A stretch of 64,000 nt of DNA, taken from the NCBI GenBank assembly GCA_041675165.1, contig JBAYUI010000001.1:6901-70900 (forward strand). The letters run 5' to 3'. Positions 47,558 to 56,627 of the stretch are shown piece after piece. The notes beneath the pieces are model-generated. The model searched no databases and had not been told where the DNA came from. It saw nothing but the letters and a program-made list of their open reading frames with translations. The position numbers were made by a program, and so were the translations under genes. The stretch comes from Parcubacteria group bacterium (GTDB lineage: Bacteria; Patescibacteriota; Minisyncoccia; Moranbacterales; UBA2206). The first letter of the stretch is position 1, and the number at the start of each line of letters is the position of its first letter.

Positions 47558-48346
47558 TTATCCCCACGGGTTTTCGGCTTTCTTGGCAAAAGTGAAAATG
47601 GTTTCGAAGAGGGTGTCGATGAGGCGAAAGAGGGCGGGGTGTCGGATGGTGATGGTGAGCGCCACATCAGGGAAGAGAAAAGAAATTTTGTTATTATACA
47701 ATACGACCAGACCCTTGATCGGCAAATTGGCTTCTGGGAGGGTGCGGATGTTCCACATCCGGTCACTGAGAATGCGATAGTTCTCAGGTGTGATGGATTT
47801 TTTGATATCAAACAAGATTTCTTCAGTGAAAATGGCCTTGGTCAGGATTTTCCTTTCCGCAACTTGGGTGAAGAAGAAATCCCAATATTTATTATCTAGC
47901 AGTTTCAATTCCGCTTCGGCCCCTTTTTTATCTTCAATAACTTTGAAAGTTGAGCCGACCGGCATGTGGATCACTTCGTCATATATTTTTTTGAAAGCGG
48001 CGTTGGATTCCATGATTTCGATCTGGGGCATTTCGCTTTCGGCATCATGCATTGATTCCAATTGGGGGAGTAGGGTTTTGAAATCCCCGACGCTTTGTTG
48101 CAATCTTTCGGCCAATTCAGCGGGGGCAATCGGGGAGATGAGTAATTTCTTACCTTTTTTCGTTTCCGTCAGGACTTTTTTCTTTAGGAGGCTTTTAATG
48201 TGAAAATAGGCCACGGTGCGCCCAATTCCGGCCTTTTCAGCGATTTCCGCAATGCCGGACTTTCCCAGCTTTAGGCACGCGGTATAAATCTCCGATTCCG
48301 CCTCAGAAAAAGCGAAGTTTTTCAGGATGTCGTTGATTTTTTCCAT
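47558..48346 (-). CDS. TrmB-family transcriptional regulator (copy 3)
   Basis: FSEAESEIYTACLKLG...IAEKAGIGRTVAY...L.KK wHTH. The upstream MRLDSCLRRND extension is a translated repeat, so the start is placed at MEKIN. Confidence 0.85.
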   Translation of the reverse strand: MEKINDILKNFAFSEAESEIYTACLKLGKSGIAEIAEKAGIGRTVAYFHIKSLLKKKVLTETKKGKKLLISPIAPAELAERLQQSVGDFKTLLPQLESMHDAESEMPQIEIMESNAAFKKIYDEVIHMPVGSTFKVIEDKKGAEAELKLLDNKYWDFFFTQVAERKILTKAIFTEEILFDIKKSITPENYRILSDRMWNIRTLPEANLPIKGLVVLYNNKISFLFPDVALTITIRHPALFRLIDTLFETIFTFAKKAENPWG

Positions 48347-48360
48347 AAGGTTATATGTTT

Positions 48361-48439
48361 TGTCATTCCTGCGCAGGCAGGAATCTAGTCGCAAATTATT
48401 AAGTTTCTACATTGGATCCCCGCATGCGCAAGGATGACA
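48361..48439. repeat. Paired GTCATTCC(N)GGAATC palindromic element (dRS3/RPE-like)
   Basis: TGTCATTCCTGCGCAGGCAGGAATCTAG ... TTGGATCCCCGCATGCGCAAGGATGACA. Confidence 0.7.
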
Positions 48440-48456
48440 GGGAAGATATTAACTCC

Positions 48457-48485
48457 ATCTTAGCACCTTTTCCGTATATTGTCAA
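48457..48485 (-). promoter_or_regulatory. Sigma70 promoter for trmB copy 3
   Basis: Minus-strand TTGACA-17-TAAGAT with an extended TG. Confidence 0.6.
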
Positions 48486-48568
48486 CAAAATTATTCATCA
48501 AAATATAATAAAATAATGCTTAAAATAAAGGATAATAATATAATATACCAATGATTTGACTATAATTA

Positions 48569-48597
48569 TTGACGTTTGCTTGAAATTGCGCTATACT
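48569..48597 (+). promoter_or_regulatory. Sigma70 promoter of cassette array 2
   Basis: TTGACG-17-TATACT; shares GCGCTATACT with 3902-3930. Confidence 0.75.
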
Positions 48598-48702
48598 ACG
48601 TTGTTACGATGAGAAACGAAAAAAACATCGCAACACAGTACATCGAAATCACCTCACAAAATTCGCTCAATATTGAGCAAAATATTTCACAAGGAGAAAG
48701 TT

Positions 48703-48927
48703 ATGATAGTTTTTATACTAACCTCGAACAAGCCATGCAAGAGTATTGAGGGAGTTTATCTTAAAGAGAGCACTGCAATTGCTGAGGATAATAGAGTATG
48801 TCCAGGATGGCAGGAGCGGGAAAGGGCAGAAATGAAAAAAAGGGAAGGCAAAAATATTTCCGAAATAGGATATTATATGTATTCACCTGAAATAAGTATC
48901 TATGAAAGAGAGGTGATTGAAAAATAG
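48703..48927 (+). CDS. Orphan small protein (74 aa)
   Basis: SD AAGGAG, ATG 48703. Confidence 0.65.
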   Translation: MIVFILTSNKPCKSIEGVYLKESTAIAEDNRVCPGWQERERAEMKKREGKNISEIGYYMYSPEISIYEREVIEK

Positions 48928-49060
48928 GGCAACGAGAGAACAACAATTCATCGTTGCCTCTCTCATTGAGATCATTTGTGAAATGGTTTCATAGGGGAAA
49001 AGTACGTTGAAAATTGAATAGCCTGATAATGGGCGAAATATTATATCAAGGAGAAAGATC
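48927..49060 (+). repeat. Double-hairpin intergenic element, copy 5
   Basis: GGCAACGA/TCGTTGCC hairpin; CTCTCAT-TGAGATCATTT/AAATGGTTTCA-TAGGGG; GTACGTTGAAAA; SD AAGGAG. Confidence 0.75.
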
Positions 49061-49456
49061 ATGGAGATAGTATTCGATATGGAGTTTATCAAGAGTGAAG
49101 CTGACAAGATGAAAAAAAGAAGCCTAGCTGTTGACAAACAAATCCTAAAAAGATCGAAAGCAAAAATCAGGCCATCTGTAATTAAATCTTTAGAAACGCA
49201 GGGTTTTGATGAGAAAATGCATATAGTTTCTGACCGCATATTGGAGATTTTTGCAGAAGATTGCAAGCACAGAGATAGCTGTATCGGTTGTAATGAAAAA
49301 GCAAGTGAAGTGGTAGCCGTCATGCTGAGAGATTTTATTCCTGATGATGGTAACCCTCCTAGGTTTTCGCGCTGTTGCAGTTTATCAGAGCTTTATAATG
49401 TGATAGTAGGTATGAATGTTGATAGATTCATATGGATTCCTTTTCGTAACTGGTGA
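49061..49456 (+). CDS. Orphan hypothetical protein (131 aa, Cys-containing)
   Basis: SD AAGGAG, ATG 49061; C-x4-CxxC and CC. Confidence 0.65.
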   Translation: MEIVFDMEFIKSEADKMKKRSLAVDKQILKRSKAKIRPSVIKSLETQGFDEKMHIVSDRILEIFAEDCKHRDSCIGCNEKASEVVAVMLRDFIPDDGNPPRFSRCCSLSELYNVIVGMNVDRFIWIPFRNW

Positions 49457-49462
49457 GTACTT

Positions 49463-49500
49463 ACCCCAGATAACAATTCGTTATCTGGGGTTTTTGTTTT
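49463..49500 (+). terminator. Intrinsic terminator closing array 2
   Basis: ACCCCAGATAAC/GTTATCTGGGGT followed by TTTTGTTTT. Confidence 0.75.
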
Positions 49501-49548
49501 AGGTGATATAAAATAGACTACTTGTCCCTTTTATTATATGATTGAGCT

Positions 49549-50784
49549 ATGCTAGATAACCCGGAAAAATTCATTCGAGATAATTCGCCGGACGGCGGTT
49601 TTTTGCAGTCATCCGAGTGGAGGAAGTTTCAGGAGAAGGTGGGGAGGAAAACTCATGCCATTACCGGCGAGAGTTTTAATGCGTCTATTGTGAGTCATAA
49701 GCTTCCATTAGTTGGAACTTATTTTTATGTGCCAAGAGGGCCGGTGATGGAAATATCCAATATCCAATATCCAATATCCAATAAAATCCCAAATTCAAAA
49801 TCCCAAATTCAAGACGGAGTAGTTGAAATGATAAAATTAGCGGAGAAAGAAAATGCAGGATGGATTAGGATCGACCCAGCATCAGAAGATGTTTTGGAAA
49901 TGATTAAAGGTATTGTAGGGACAGACCTTGTGTCTGTCCTGGATGAGCAGGTACATCGTTCTGGGCGGACACAAGGTCCGCCCCTACGGAAATATAAAAT
50001 TACTAAGGCGCCGCATAATGTGCAGCCGAGAGAGGTTTTTATTATTGATATTACGAAAACTGAAGAAGAGCTTTTGGCGGAGATGAAATCTAAGACAAGA
50101 TATAATGTTAGGCTGGCGGAGAAGAAGGGAGTTAGTGTGAAGGCAATAACCAATAATCAAGAAACAAGGAACAAACAAATTTCAAATGACAAAATCCAAA
50201 TTTCAAATAAAATCCCAAATCCAAATGAACAAAATACGGAAAAATATATTGCGGAATTTTTAAGACTAGTGAAGATTACGGCGAGGCGGGATGGAATCAC
50301 TTCTCATCCGGAAAGCTATTATCGCCAGATGCTAGAAATCATTCCTAGTGATATTTTAAAACTATACGTAGCAGAATACGAAGGCAAGGTGATTGCAGCC
50401 AATCTAGTGTTGTTTTATGGTGAGACTTGCACGTATATGCACGGGGCGTCGGATGATGAATATCGAAATGTCATGGCGCCGTATTTGCTGCAGTGGCAGC
50501 AGATCAAGGATGCTAAGAAGGCAGGGTGCAAGAGGTATGATTTTGGAGGCGTCAGCGTTCAACCCCTCCGCACATTATTCACAACCCCTCCGTCCCAATT
50601 ACGGGACACCTCCCCTGAGTACAGGGGAGGGGGCAATTCGTGGAGTGGGATTACGCGGTTCAAGACCGGATTTTCGCCGAAGACGGCGTCGACTATTTTT
50701 CCCGGTAGTTATGATATAATTATAAACCCAAGGATGTATTGGTTATATAGAGGAATCCAGAAAGTTAAGAGTCTTATGAAATAA
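49549..50784 (+). CDS. FemABX-family peptidoglycan peptidyltransferase carrying several in-frame repeat insertions
   Basis: FLQS.EW..F, YVPRGP, MKSKTRYNVRLAEKKGV, YMHGAS, YDFGG and GITRFKTGF motifs. Confidence 0.9.
   Translation: MLDNPEKFIRDNSPDGGFLQSSEWRKFQEKVGRKTHAITGESFNASIVSHKLPLVGTYFYVPRGPVMEISNIQYPISNKIPNSKSQIQDGVVEMIKLAEKENAGWIRIDPASEDVLEMIKGIVGTDLVSVLDEQVHRSGRTQGPPLRKYKITKAPHNVQPREVFIIDITKTEEELLAEMKSKTRYNVRLAEKKGVSVKAITNNQETRNKQISNDKIQISNKIPNPNEQNTEKYIAEFLRLVKITARRDGITSHPESYYRQMLEIIPSDILKLYVAEYEGKVIAANLVLFYGETCTYMHGASDDEYRNVMAPYLLQWQQIKDAKKAGCKRYDFGGVSVQPLRTLFTTPPSQLRDTSPEYRGGGNSWSGITRFKTGFSPKTASTIFPGSYDIIINPRMYWLYRGIQKVKSLMK
49915..49987. repeat. GTAG-type REP doublet (REPIN) inside the FemABX CDS
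   Basis: GTAGGGACAGACCTTGTGTCTGTCC ... GGGCGGACACAAGGTCCGCCCCTAC inverted pair. Confidence 0.8.
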
Positions 50785-50792
50785 GAGGAAAT

Positions 50793-52118
50793 ATGAAGAA
50801 ATTCATCCCGCAAAAATTGAAAAACTATTATCACTTGTTGCAAGCTATTTTGGCTAATGTTTGGTATGGCTTTCCCTCGCGGCATATCAAAATTATTGGA
50901 GTGACTGGGACGAATGGCAAGACGACCACGACGCAAATGATCGGACGCATTTTGGAAGAGGCGGGACATTGCACCGCGGTAGCATCGACCATCAATTTCA
51001 AGATTGGTCAAAAAGAGTGGGTGAACAAAACTAAATTTACGACACTCTCTAGCTTCGCAGTACAAAAATTCATTAGGCAAGCGGTGGACGCCAAATGCGA
51101 ATATGCCGTTTTGGAAACTTCTTCGCACGCTCTTGATCAAAATCGGGTGTGGGGCGTTGCGTATGACACAGCGGTCATGACCAATGTGACGCGGGAACAT
51201 TTGGACTATCACAAAAACATGGAGCAATACCGCATTGCGAAACTGAAACTTTTCGCGCGCATCAAAAAGGCGGTGGTGAATTTCGACATGGAAGACGCGG
51301 AGGATTATCTGGACGCGCCAGCCTCAAAAAAATATGCCTTTACCACCAAGGCTGAAGCGGAAATCGAAAATGAGGATGATGACAGGGACAAAATAAAACT
51401 TATAAAGGCGATGGATGTCGAATTGGAAATCAATCAGTCGCGTTTCAAGGTAGGAGGGGTGCAATTTGAACTGAAAATGCCCGGGCTTTTCAATGTGGAG
51501 AATGCTTTAGCGGCCATTTGTGTGGGTGTGTCAGTCGGCGTGCCTTTGGAAAAAATGAGCGTGGCTCTCGCTAAAATGACGGGCGTGCCGGGACGTATGG
51601 AACATATCCAAAACGACCGCGGTATCAATATCATCGTCGACTACGCCGTGACGCCGGACAGTTTGGAAAAACTCTACACGTTAATTTCTCAAATTAAGCA
51701 CGGCCCGAAGCGCACAATGGAACTCAGCGAGGCGGTGATTTCTAATAAGGTTATCGCCGTGTTCGGTTCGTGCGGCGACCGTGACCGCGGCAAGCGGCCG
51801 CTGATGGGAGCGATTGTTGATAAAAATTCTGACTATGCCATCGTCACCAATGAAGATCCATACACCGAAGATCCGCAACAAATTATTGACGAAGTGGCGG
51901 CGGGCATCATTGAGAAAAAAGAGAATGAAAATTTTTGGAAGATTATGGATCGGCGTGCGGCGATCCGCAAGGCTTTGCAGCTGGCTGCGTCGGGCGATGT
52001 CATCGTGGTCACCGGCAAAGGGGCGGAAGAAACGATGATGGTTGGGGACAAACAAATTCCGTGGAATGATAAGAAAGTGATTTTGGAGGAATTGTCCGAA
52101 CCACTGATTCGCACGTGA
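50793..52118 (+). CDS. murE: UDP-MurNAc-dipeptide--diamino acid ligase
   Basis: GVTGTNGKTTT, ETSSHAL, EHLDYH, VPGRME, GDRDRGKR..MG and GKGAE motifs. Confidence 0.93.
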   Translation: MKKFIPQKLKNYYHLLQAILANVWYGFPSRHIKIIGVTGTNGKTTTTQMIGRILEEAGHCTAVASTINFKIGQKEWVNKTKFTTLSSFAVQKFIRQAVDAKCEYAVLETSSHALDQNRVWGVAYDTAVMTNVTREHLDYHKNMEQYRIAKLKLFARIKKAVVNFDMEDAEDYLDAPASKKYAFTTKAEAEIENEDDDRDKIKLIKAMDVELEINQSRFKVGGVQFELKMPGLFNVENALAAICVGVSVGVPLEKMSVALAKMTGVPGRMEHIQNDRGINIIVDYAVTPDSLEKLYTLISQIKHGPKRTMELSEAVISNKVIAVFGSCGDRDRGKRPLMGAIVDKNSDYAIVTNEDPYTEDPQQIIDEVAAGIIEKKENENFWKIMDRRAAIRKALQLAASGDVIVVTGKGAEETMMVGDKQIPWNDKKVILEELSEPLIRT

Positions 52119-52193
52119 GCTCACTGATTACACTGATAAAAAAACAGGAACGGGTTTGTTATCCGTTCCTTTTGATTTTTGAAAAAAATATTT

Positions 52194-52634
52194 TTACCCT
52201 AACACTTTCGCCAAAACTAAAGTCAGAATGAACCCATAAATCCCGCCGATGATGACTTCACTGACGCGGTGACCCATGCGTTCTTTGAGGCGCGGGAATT
52301 GGTCATCGCTGATATTCAACTGGCGGATGAGCATATTTAAGTAGCGGCCTTGATCGCCCATGTAGACTCGCAGACGGGCGGCGTCGTCGATGACGATGAT
52401 GGCCAGAGCCACCGCCACGCAAAAAGCGCCACTGGCCATGCCTTCATAGTAGCCGACCGAAGTGACAAGTGAGACGATGAAACCGGTGTGGGCCGAGGGC
52501 ATGTGGCCGTGAGTCATGGCGTAGCGCCAATCCCAGCCGTGTTTGGTGCAAAAAACCACGAATTTTGTCATTTGCACGACAAAACCGACGAAGATCGGGA
52601 TAAGGAAGATGTAATAAGGTGAGATATCGAACAT
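52194..52634 (-). CDS. Divergent PAP2 (DUF212) family membrane protein
   Basis: GHMPSAHT, V.DDAARLR..G.Q and LKERMGH...EV..G motifs. Confidence 0.85.
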   Translation of the reverse strand: MFDISPYYIFLIPIFVGFVVQMTKFVVFCTKHGWDWRYAMTHGHMPSAHTGFIVSLVTSVGYYEGMASGAFCVAVALAIIVIDDAARLRVYMGDQGRYLNMLIRQLNISDDQFPRLKERMGHRVSEVIIGGIYGFILTLVLAKVLG

Positions 52635-52759
52635 AGTTGTTTGTATTAATTTTTACCTTTCAATTAAATTATAACACATTTTAGGCAGTTTTACATACGG
52701 GTAGAAAGTTGTTAGAATAGAGACGTAATTAATCAAGCTAATAAATAAAACTAAAAAAT

Positions 52760-53305
52760 ATGGGAATAATTCTCTTGATCATTCTAGTGGTCATCGTCTT
52801 GGCGGTCGTTGGGATGTATAACGGTTTGGTGCGATCAAAAAATCGCGTCGATGAAGCGTGGAGCGACATCGATGTGCAGCTGAAACGTCGGCATGATCTG
52901 ATTCCGAATCTGATTGCCACAGTGAAGGGTTACGCGGCGCACGAAAAAGAAGTGTTTGAAAAAGTGACGGCGGCAAGAACAGCGGCCATTTCGGCCGGTT
53001 CGACCGGGGACAAGGTGCAAGCGGAGAATATGTTGTCCGGTGCCTTGAAGTCTTTGTTCGCAGTGGCCGAAAGCTATCCTGATCTGAAAGCTAATCAAAA
53101 CTTTTTGGAATTGCAACGAGAGCTGACTGATACGGAAGACAAAATTATGGCTTCCCGAAGATTTTACAATGGCAATGTCCGCGACTTCAACACTAAATTG
53201 CAAGTCTTCCCGACCAATCTGATGGCCTCAACATTGGGCTTCACCGCGCGGGAATTTTTCGAAGCGGCGGAAGGAGAGAAGGAGAATGTGAAAGTGGAAT
53301 TCTAG
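52760..53305 (+). CDS. lemA: LemA family protein
   Basis: YNGLV..KN.VDEAWSDIDVQLKRRHDLIPNL, YPDLKANQNF and RRFYN motifs. Confidence 0.95.
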   Translation: MGIILLIILVVIVLAVVGMYNGLVRSKNRVDEAWSDIDVQLKRRHDLIPNLIATVKGYAAHEKEVFEKVTAARTAAISAGSTGDKVQAENMLSGALKSLFAVAESYPDLKANQNFLELQRELTDTEDKIMASRRFYNGNVRDFNTKLQVFPTNLMASTLGFTAREFFEAAEGEKENVKVEF

Positions 53306-53312
53306 TTTAATA

Positions 53313-53428
53313 AAATTTCAAAATCCAAAATCCAAATGCCAAATCAAATCCAAAATTCAAATGACAAAACCTTTGGATTTTGGGCTTTGAGCTTTATTTG
53401 ACATTTGATATTTCGATTTTGGATTTCA
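53313..53428. repeat. Inverted array of heptamer repeats (AAATTTC/AAAATCC/AAATGAC ... complements)
   Basis: 7-bp periodic units on one arm and their reverse complements on the other. Confidence 0.75.
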
Positions 53429-53433
53429 ATGAA

Positions 53434-54327
53434 ATGACCCTATATACTCAATCCGATAAAAACGTCCGTCTCACTTGGGCCTACATCACCGGCTTTTTGG
53501 TTTTTGTGATGGCCGTCGGCTATGTTTTTGCCGGAGCGATGGGCAACAGTGTGATCTTGTATATCGCCGTGGCATTTTCTATTATCATGAGCTTTGCCTC
53601 CTATTGGTGGAGCGATAAGATAGTTCTTTCAATGTCTAAGGCCAAACTGATTGATCACGCAGCCAATCCTGAAATTTATCACTTAGTAGAAAATTTGTGC
53701 ATCACGGCCGGCTTGCCGGTGCCTAAAATATATATTATTGAAGACAGCTCGCCGAACGCTTTCGCGACGGGCAGGGATCCCGAACATGGCGTAGTGTGTC
53801 TTACGACGGGGATAATCGCTAAACTGGAAAAAATAGAACTGGAAGGAGTTATCGCGCATGAATTGTCGCACATCGGGAACCGCGACATCTTGCTTTCCAC
53901 AGTTGTCGTGGTTCTGGTGGGATTTGTGACACTCTTGGCTGATTGGTTCCGCAACTGGGCATTTTTCGGCGGGCGAGGGCGGAGTGATGATAATGAAAAT
54001 GGACAATTGCGTTTGATCCTCATTGTCATGGCGGTCATTCTTTCTGTCCTGGCACCGATTGCGGCCCTTATGATGCAGATGGCTATCTCGCGTAAGCGCG
54101 AATTCTTAGCGGATGCCAATGGAGCGCTGCTCACGCGTTATCCGGAAGGCTTGGCGCGAGCTCTTGAAAAAATATCAGCCGATCCGGCACCCCTCAAAGA
54201 AGCTAATCGCGCCACCGCCCACCTGTTTATCAGCAATCCTTTCCGTGGCAAGAATGTATCGAAACTTTTCATGACCCATCCACCGATTGAGGAGCGGGTA
54301 AAGATCTTGCGGAAAATGTCGATCTGA
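53434..54327 (+). CDS. htpX: M48 zinc metalloprotease HtpX
   Basis: PNAFATG, AHELSH, SRKREFLAD and THPPIEER motifs. Confidence 0.93.
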   Translation: MTLYTQSDKNVRLTWAYITGFLVFVMAVGYVFAGAMGNSVILYIAVAFSIIMSFASYWWSDKIVLSMSKAKLIDHAANPEIYHLVENLCITAGLPVPKIYIIEDSSPNAFATGRDPEHGVVCLTTGIIAKLEKIELEGVIAHELSHIGNRDILLSTVVVVLVGFVTLLADWFRNWAFFGGRGRSDDNENGQLRLILIVMAVILSVLAPIAALMMQMAISRKREFLADANGALLTRYPEGLARALEKISADPAPLKEANRATAHLFISNPFRGKNVSKLFMTHPPIEERVKILRKMSI

Positions 54328-54464
54328 TCGCGGCGCATATTTTTCCAAATAGTAGGATGGATATAGGAGGAACTTAGGGGATAATAATAGCTAAGAAGTG
54401 ATATATATGCTAGACTAAGGATAGAGAAAAAATAAAATCACTTAAAATAGAACGGAGGTGTAAT

Positions 54465-54848
54465 ATGGAAGAACAAAAAAATCAGGAACAAAACCAAGCG
54501 TCAAATCCAGCTTCAGTAGCGGGTGCGCCAGAAAGCAGTGACGCGGAAAAGAACAAATTGATGGCGATTGTGGGATATATTTTGCCTATTCTTTTCTTTG
54601 TCCCCCTCATCAATGAGGCATCGAAGAACAGTCCTTTCGCCAAGTTCCACGCCAATCAACAATTAGTCCTTCTTATTGCCGCCATAGTTGTGGATATTGT
54701 CGGCAGCATCATCCCGCTTATCGGTTGGTTCATAATCTTGCCGCTCGGTACTGTAGCTATCGTAGTGTTGGCAATTCTCGGAATTGTTAGCGCCTCTAAA
54801 GGTGAAACAAAACCTTTGCCAATGATCGGTGGATTCAAAATCATCTAG
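54465..54848 (+). CDS. DUF4870-like membrane protein
   Basis: KFHANQ motif, three TM helices, LPMIG; SD GGAGGTG. Confidence 0.75.
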   Translation: MEEQKNQEQNQASNPASVAGAPESSDAEKNKLMAIVGYILPILFFVPLINEASKNSPFAKFHANQQLVLLIAAIVVDIVGSIIPLIGWFIILPLGTVAIVVLAILGIVSASKGETKPLPMIGGFKII

Positions 54849-54965
54849 TTGCAAGTTTCCTTATCTGAAAACAGCCCTGTTGTAAGCGGGGCTGTTTTTG
54901 TTTCGCTCGGATGTGATATAATAGGACTGAACGAATATAAAAAATTTAGAAAATAATATTTGAAT

Positions 54966-56444
54966 ATGATGAAAAGAACAAAAATTGTTGCAACTATCGG
55001 TCCGGCCACGGCTTCTAAGGAAAAAATAAGGCAATTAATCGAAGCCGGTATGAATGTGGCGAGGATCAATTTTTCCCATGGCGACCATACTTCAAACGGT
55101 TTGATCATAAGCCATATAAAACAGATACGGCAAGAGATGGGCGTGCCGGTCGGCATTATGGCGGACCTGCAAGGGCCGAGGATCCGGACGGTGGTCGGGG
55201 CGGACGTAGAAATAGAAAAAGGAAAACGTGTCATAGTTGTCGATGGACTGAATAGTGATCAGATCATAAATCCGCGATTTTTGGTGGCCAAACAGATATC
55301 GGAGTCTGAATTGAAAAAATGTCAGGTGATAGGTCTGGATTGGAAAGGTATTACGGCTGACATTGAGATGGGTAATGAGATCCTGATCGAAGACGGACTG
55401 ATGAAGGTCATTGTAGTGGAGAAATACAAAGACTATCTGGTGGCGCGCGTGAAAGATGGCGGCATCGTCAAGAATCATAAAGGCGTTAACATTCCGGATG
55501 CTAAGCTGAATGTCGGCGTGGTGACGGAAAAAGATGAGTGTGATCTGAAATTTGCCTTGCAACAGGATGTAGATTTCATCGCCTTGTCTTTCGTCAGCAA
55601 CGCGGAGGAGATTTTGGAAGTGAAAGAAAAAATAAAAAAAATCTTGGGCTCGTCGGCGCATCCACCCTTGATTGTTTCCAAAATCGAAAGGAAAGAAGCT
55701 ATTAAGAATATCCTGGAGATTATCCGCGCCACGGATATCATTATGGTGGCGCGCGGAGATCTGGGTATTGAAATGGAAGAAAGCCGCGTGGTCATCTATC
55801 AAAAAGAGATTACGGCCAGATGTCTGCGCTCTGCTACGCCGGTTATTGTAGCCACGCAGATGCTCAATTCGATGATTGAAAATCCGCGTCCGACGCGGGC
55901 AGAAGTGAGTGATGTTTCGAACGCGGTCATCGATCATACTGATTCAGTGATGCTTTCCGGTGAAACGGCCAACGGTAAATATCCGATCGAGTCCGTCAAA
56001 ATAATGAAAGAAATCATTATGAACACGGAAAAATCACCTTTCGATTTTCTGGTGCATGGGTTTTTGAAAGATGAGGAATCTTCGGTTTCGGCCGCCATTG
56101 CCCACAGTGCCCACGAGCTTTCCAAAGACACACACGCGGTGGCTATCGTGGCAGCCAGTGTGAGTGGTTTTACGGCGCGGATGATTACGCGTCATCGGCC
56201 GAATAATTCAGTCTTTGTCATCACGAACAATATCAAGACCCATCATCAGCTGAGCTTGGTGTGGGGTGTGGAAAGTTTCGTCCTGCCAGAATGCAAGGAT
56301 TTGGATGAATTGATCGATCGCTCGGTAGAGGCTTTGGAAAAAAATAAAAAAGTTAAATCCAAAGATAAATTAATTATGGTGGCCGGCCGCCCAGGGATCG
56401 CCAAGGAGCATATGAGCCTGATAAAAGTGGAAGAAGTTAAATGA
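54966..56444 (+). CDS. pyk: Pyruvate kinase
   Basis: RTKIVATIGPA, ARINFSHG, DLQGP, MVARGDLG, ATQML.SM...PRPTRAEVSDV and MLSGETA motifs. Confidence 0.96.
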   Translation: MMKRTKIVATIGPATASKEKIRQLIEAGMNVARINFSHGDHTSNGLIISHIKQIRQEMGVPVGIMADLQGPRIRTVVGADVEIEKGKRVIVVDGLNSDQIINPRFLVAKQISESELKKCQVIGLDWKGITADIEMGNEILIEDGLMKVIVVEKYKDYLVARVKDGGIVKNHKGVNIPDAKLNVGVVTEKDECDLKFALQQDVDFIALSFVSNAEEILEVKEKIKKILGSSAHPPLIVSKIERKEAIKNILEIIRATDIIMVARGDLGIEMEESRVVIYQKEITARCLRSATPVIVATQMLNSMIENPRPTRAEVSDVSNAVIDHTDSVMLSGETANGKYPIESVKIMKEIIMNTEKSPFDFLVHGFLKDEESSVSAAIAHSAHELSKDTHAVAIVAASVSGFTARMITRHRPNNSVFVITNNIKTHHQLSLVWGVESFVLPECKDLDELIDRSVEALEKNKKVKSKDKLIMVAGRPGIAKEHMSLIKVEEVK

Positions 56445-56627
56445 TAGCTTTGGAAAAATGGATATGTACGGTAAGGCCGGGGCATTGTCTTGGCCTTACT
56501 GCTTTTTATTTTGTATTTTTGTGGTATAATAAGAAAACAAAATACAAGGTTAACATTTTAGCATTTTAACATATAAATTTTTTAAATAAATAAAAAATAA
56601 AAATATAATAAAAAATAAATAAAAAAT

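Noticed and set aside
48347-48394. N-terminal extensions in the ORF track (trmB copy 3, DUF3048 39754, htpX 53380, yebC 7767, PH protein 10766)
   Set aside because: They are translations of repeats, intergenic DNA or a neighbouring gene from alternative starts; family-typical N-termini begin at downstream ATGs.
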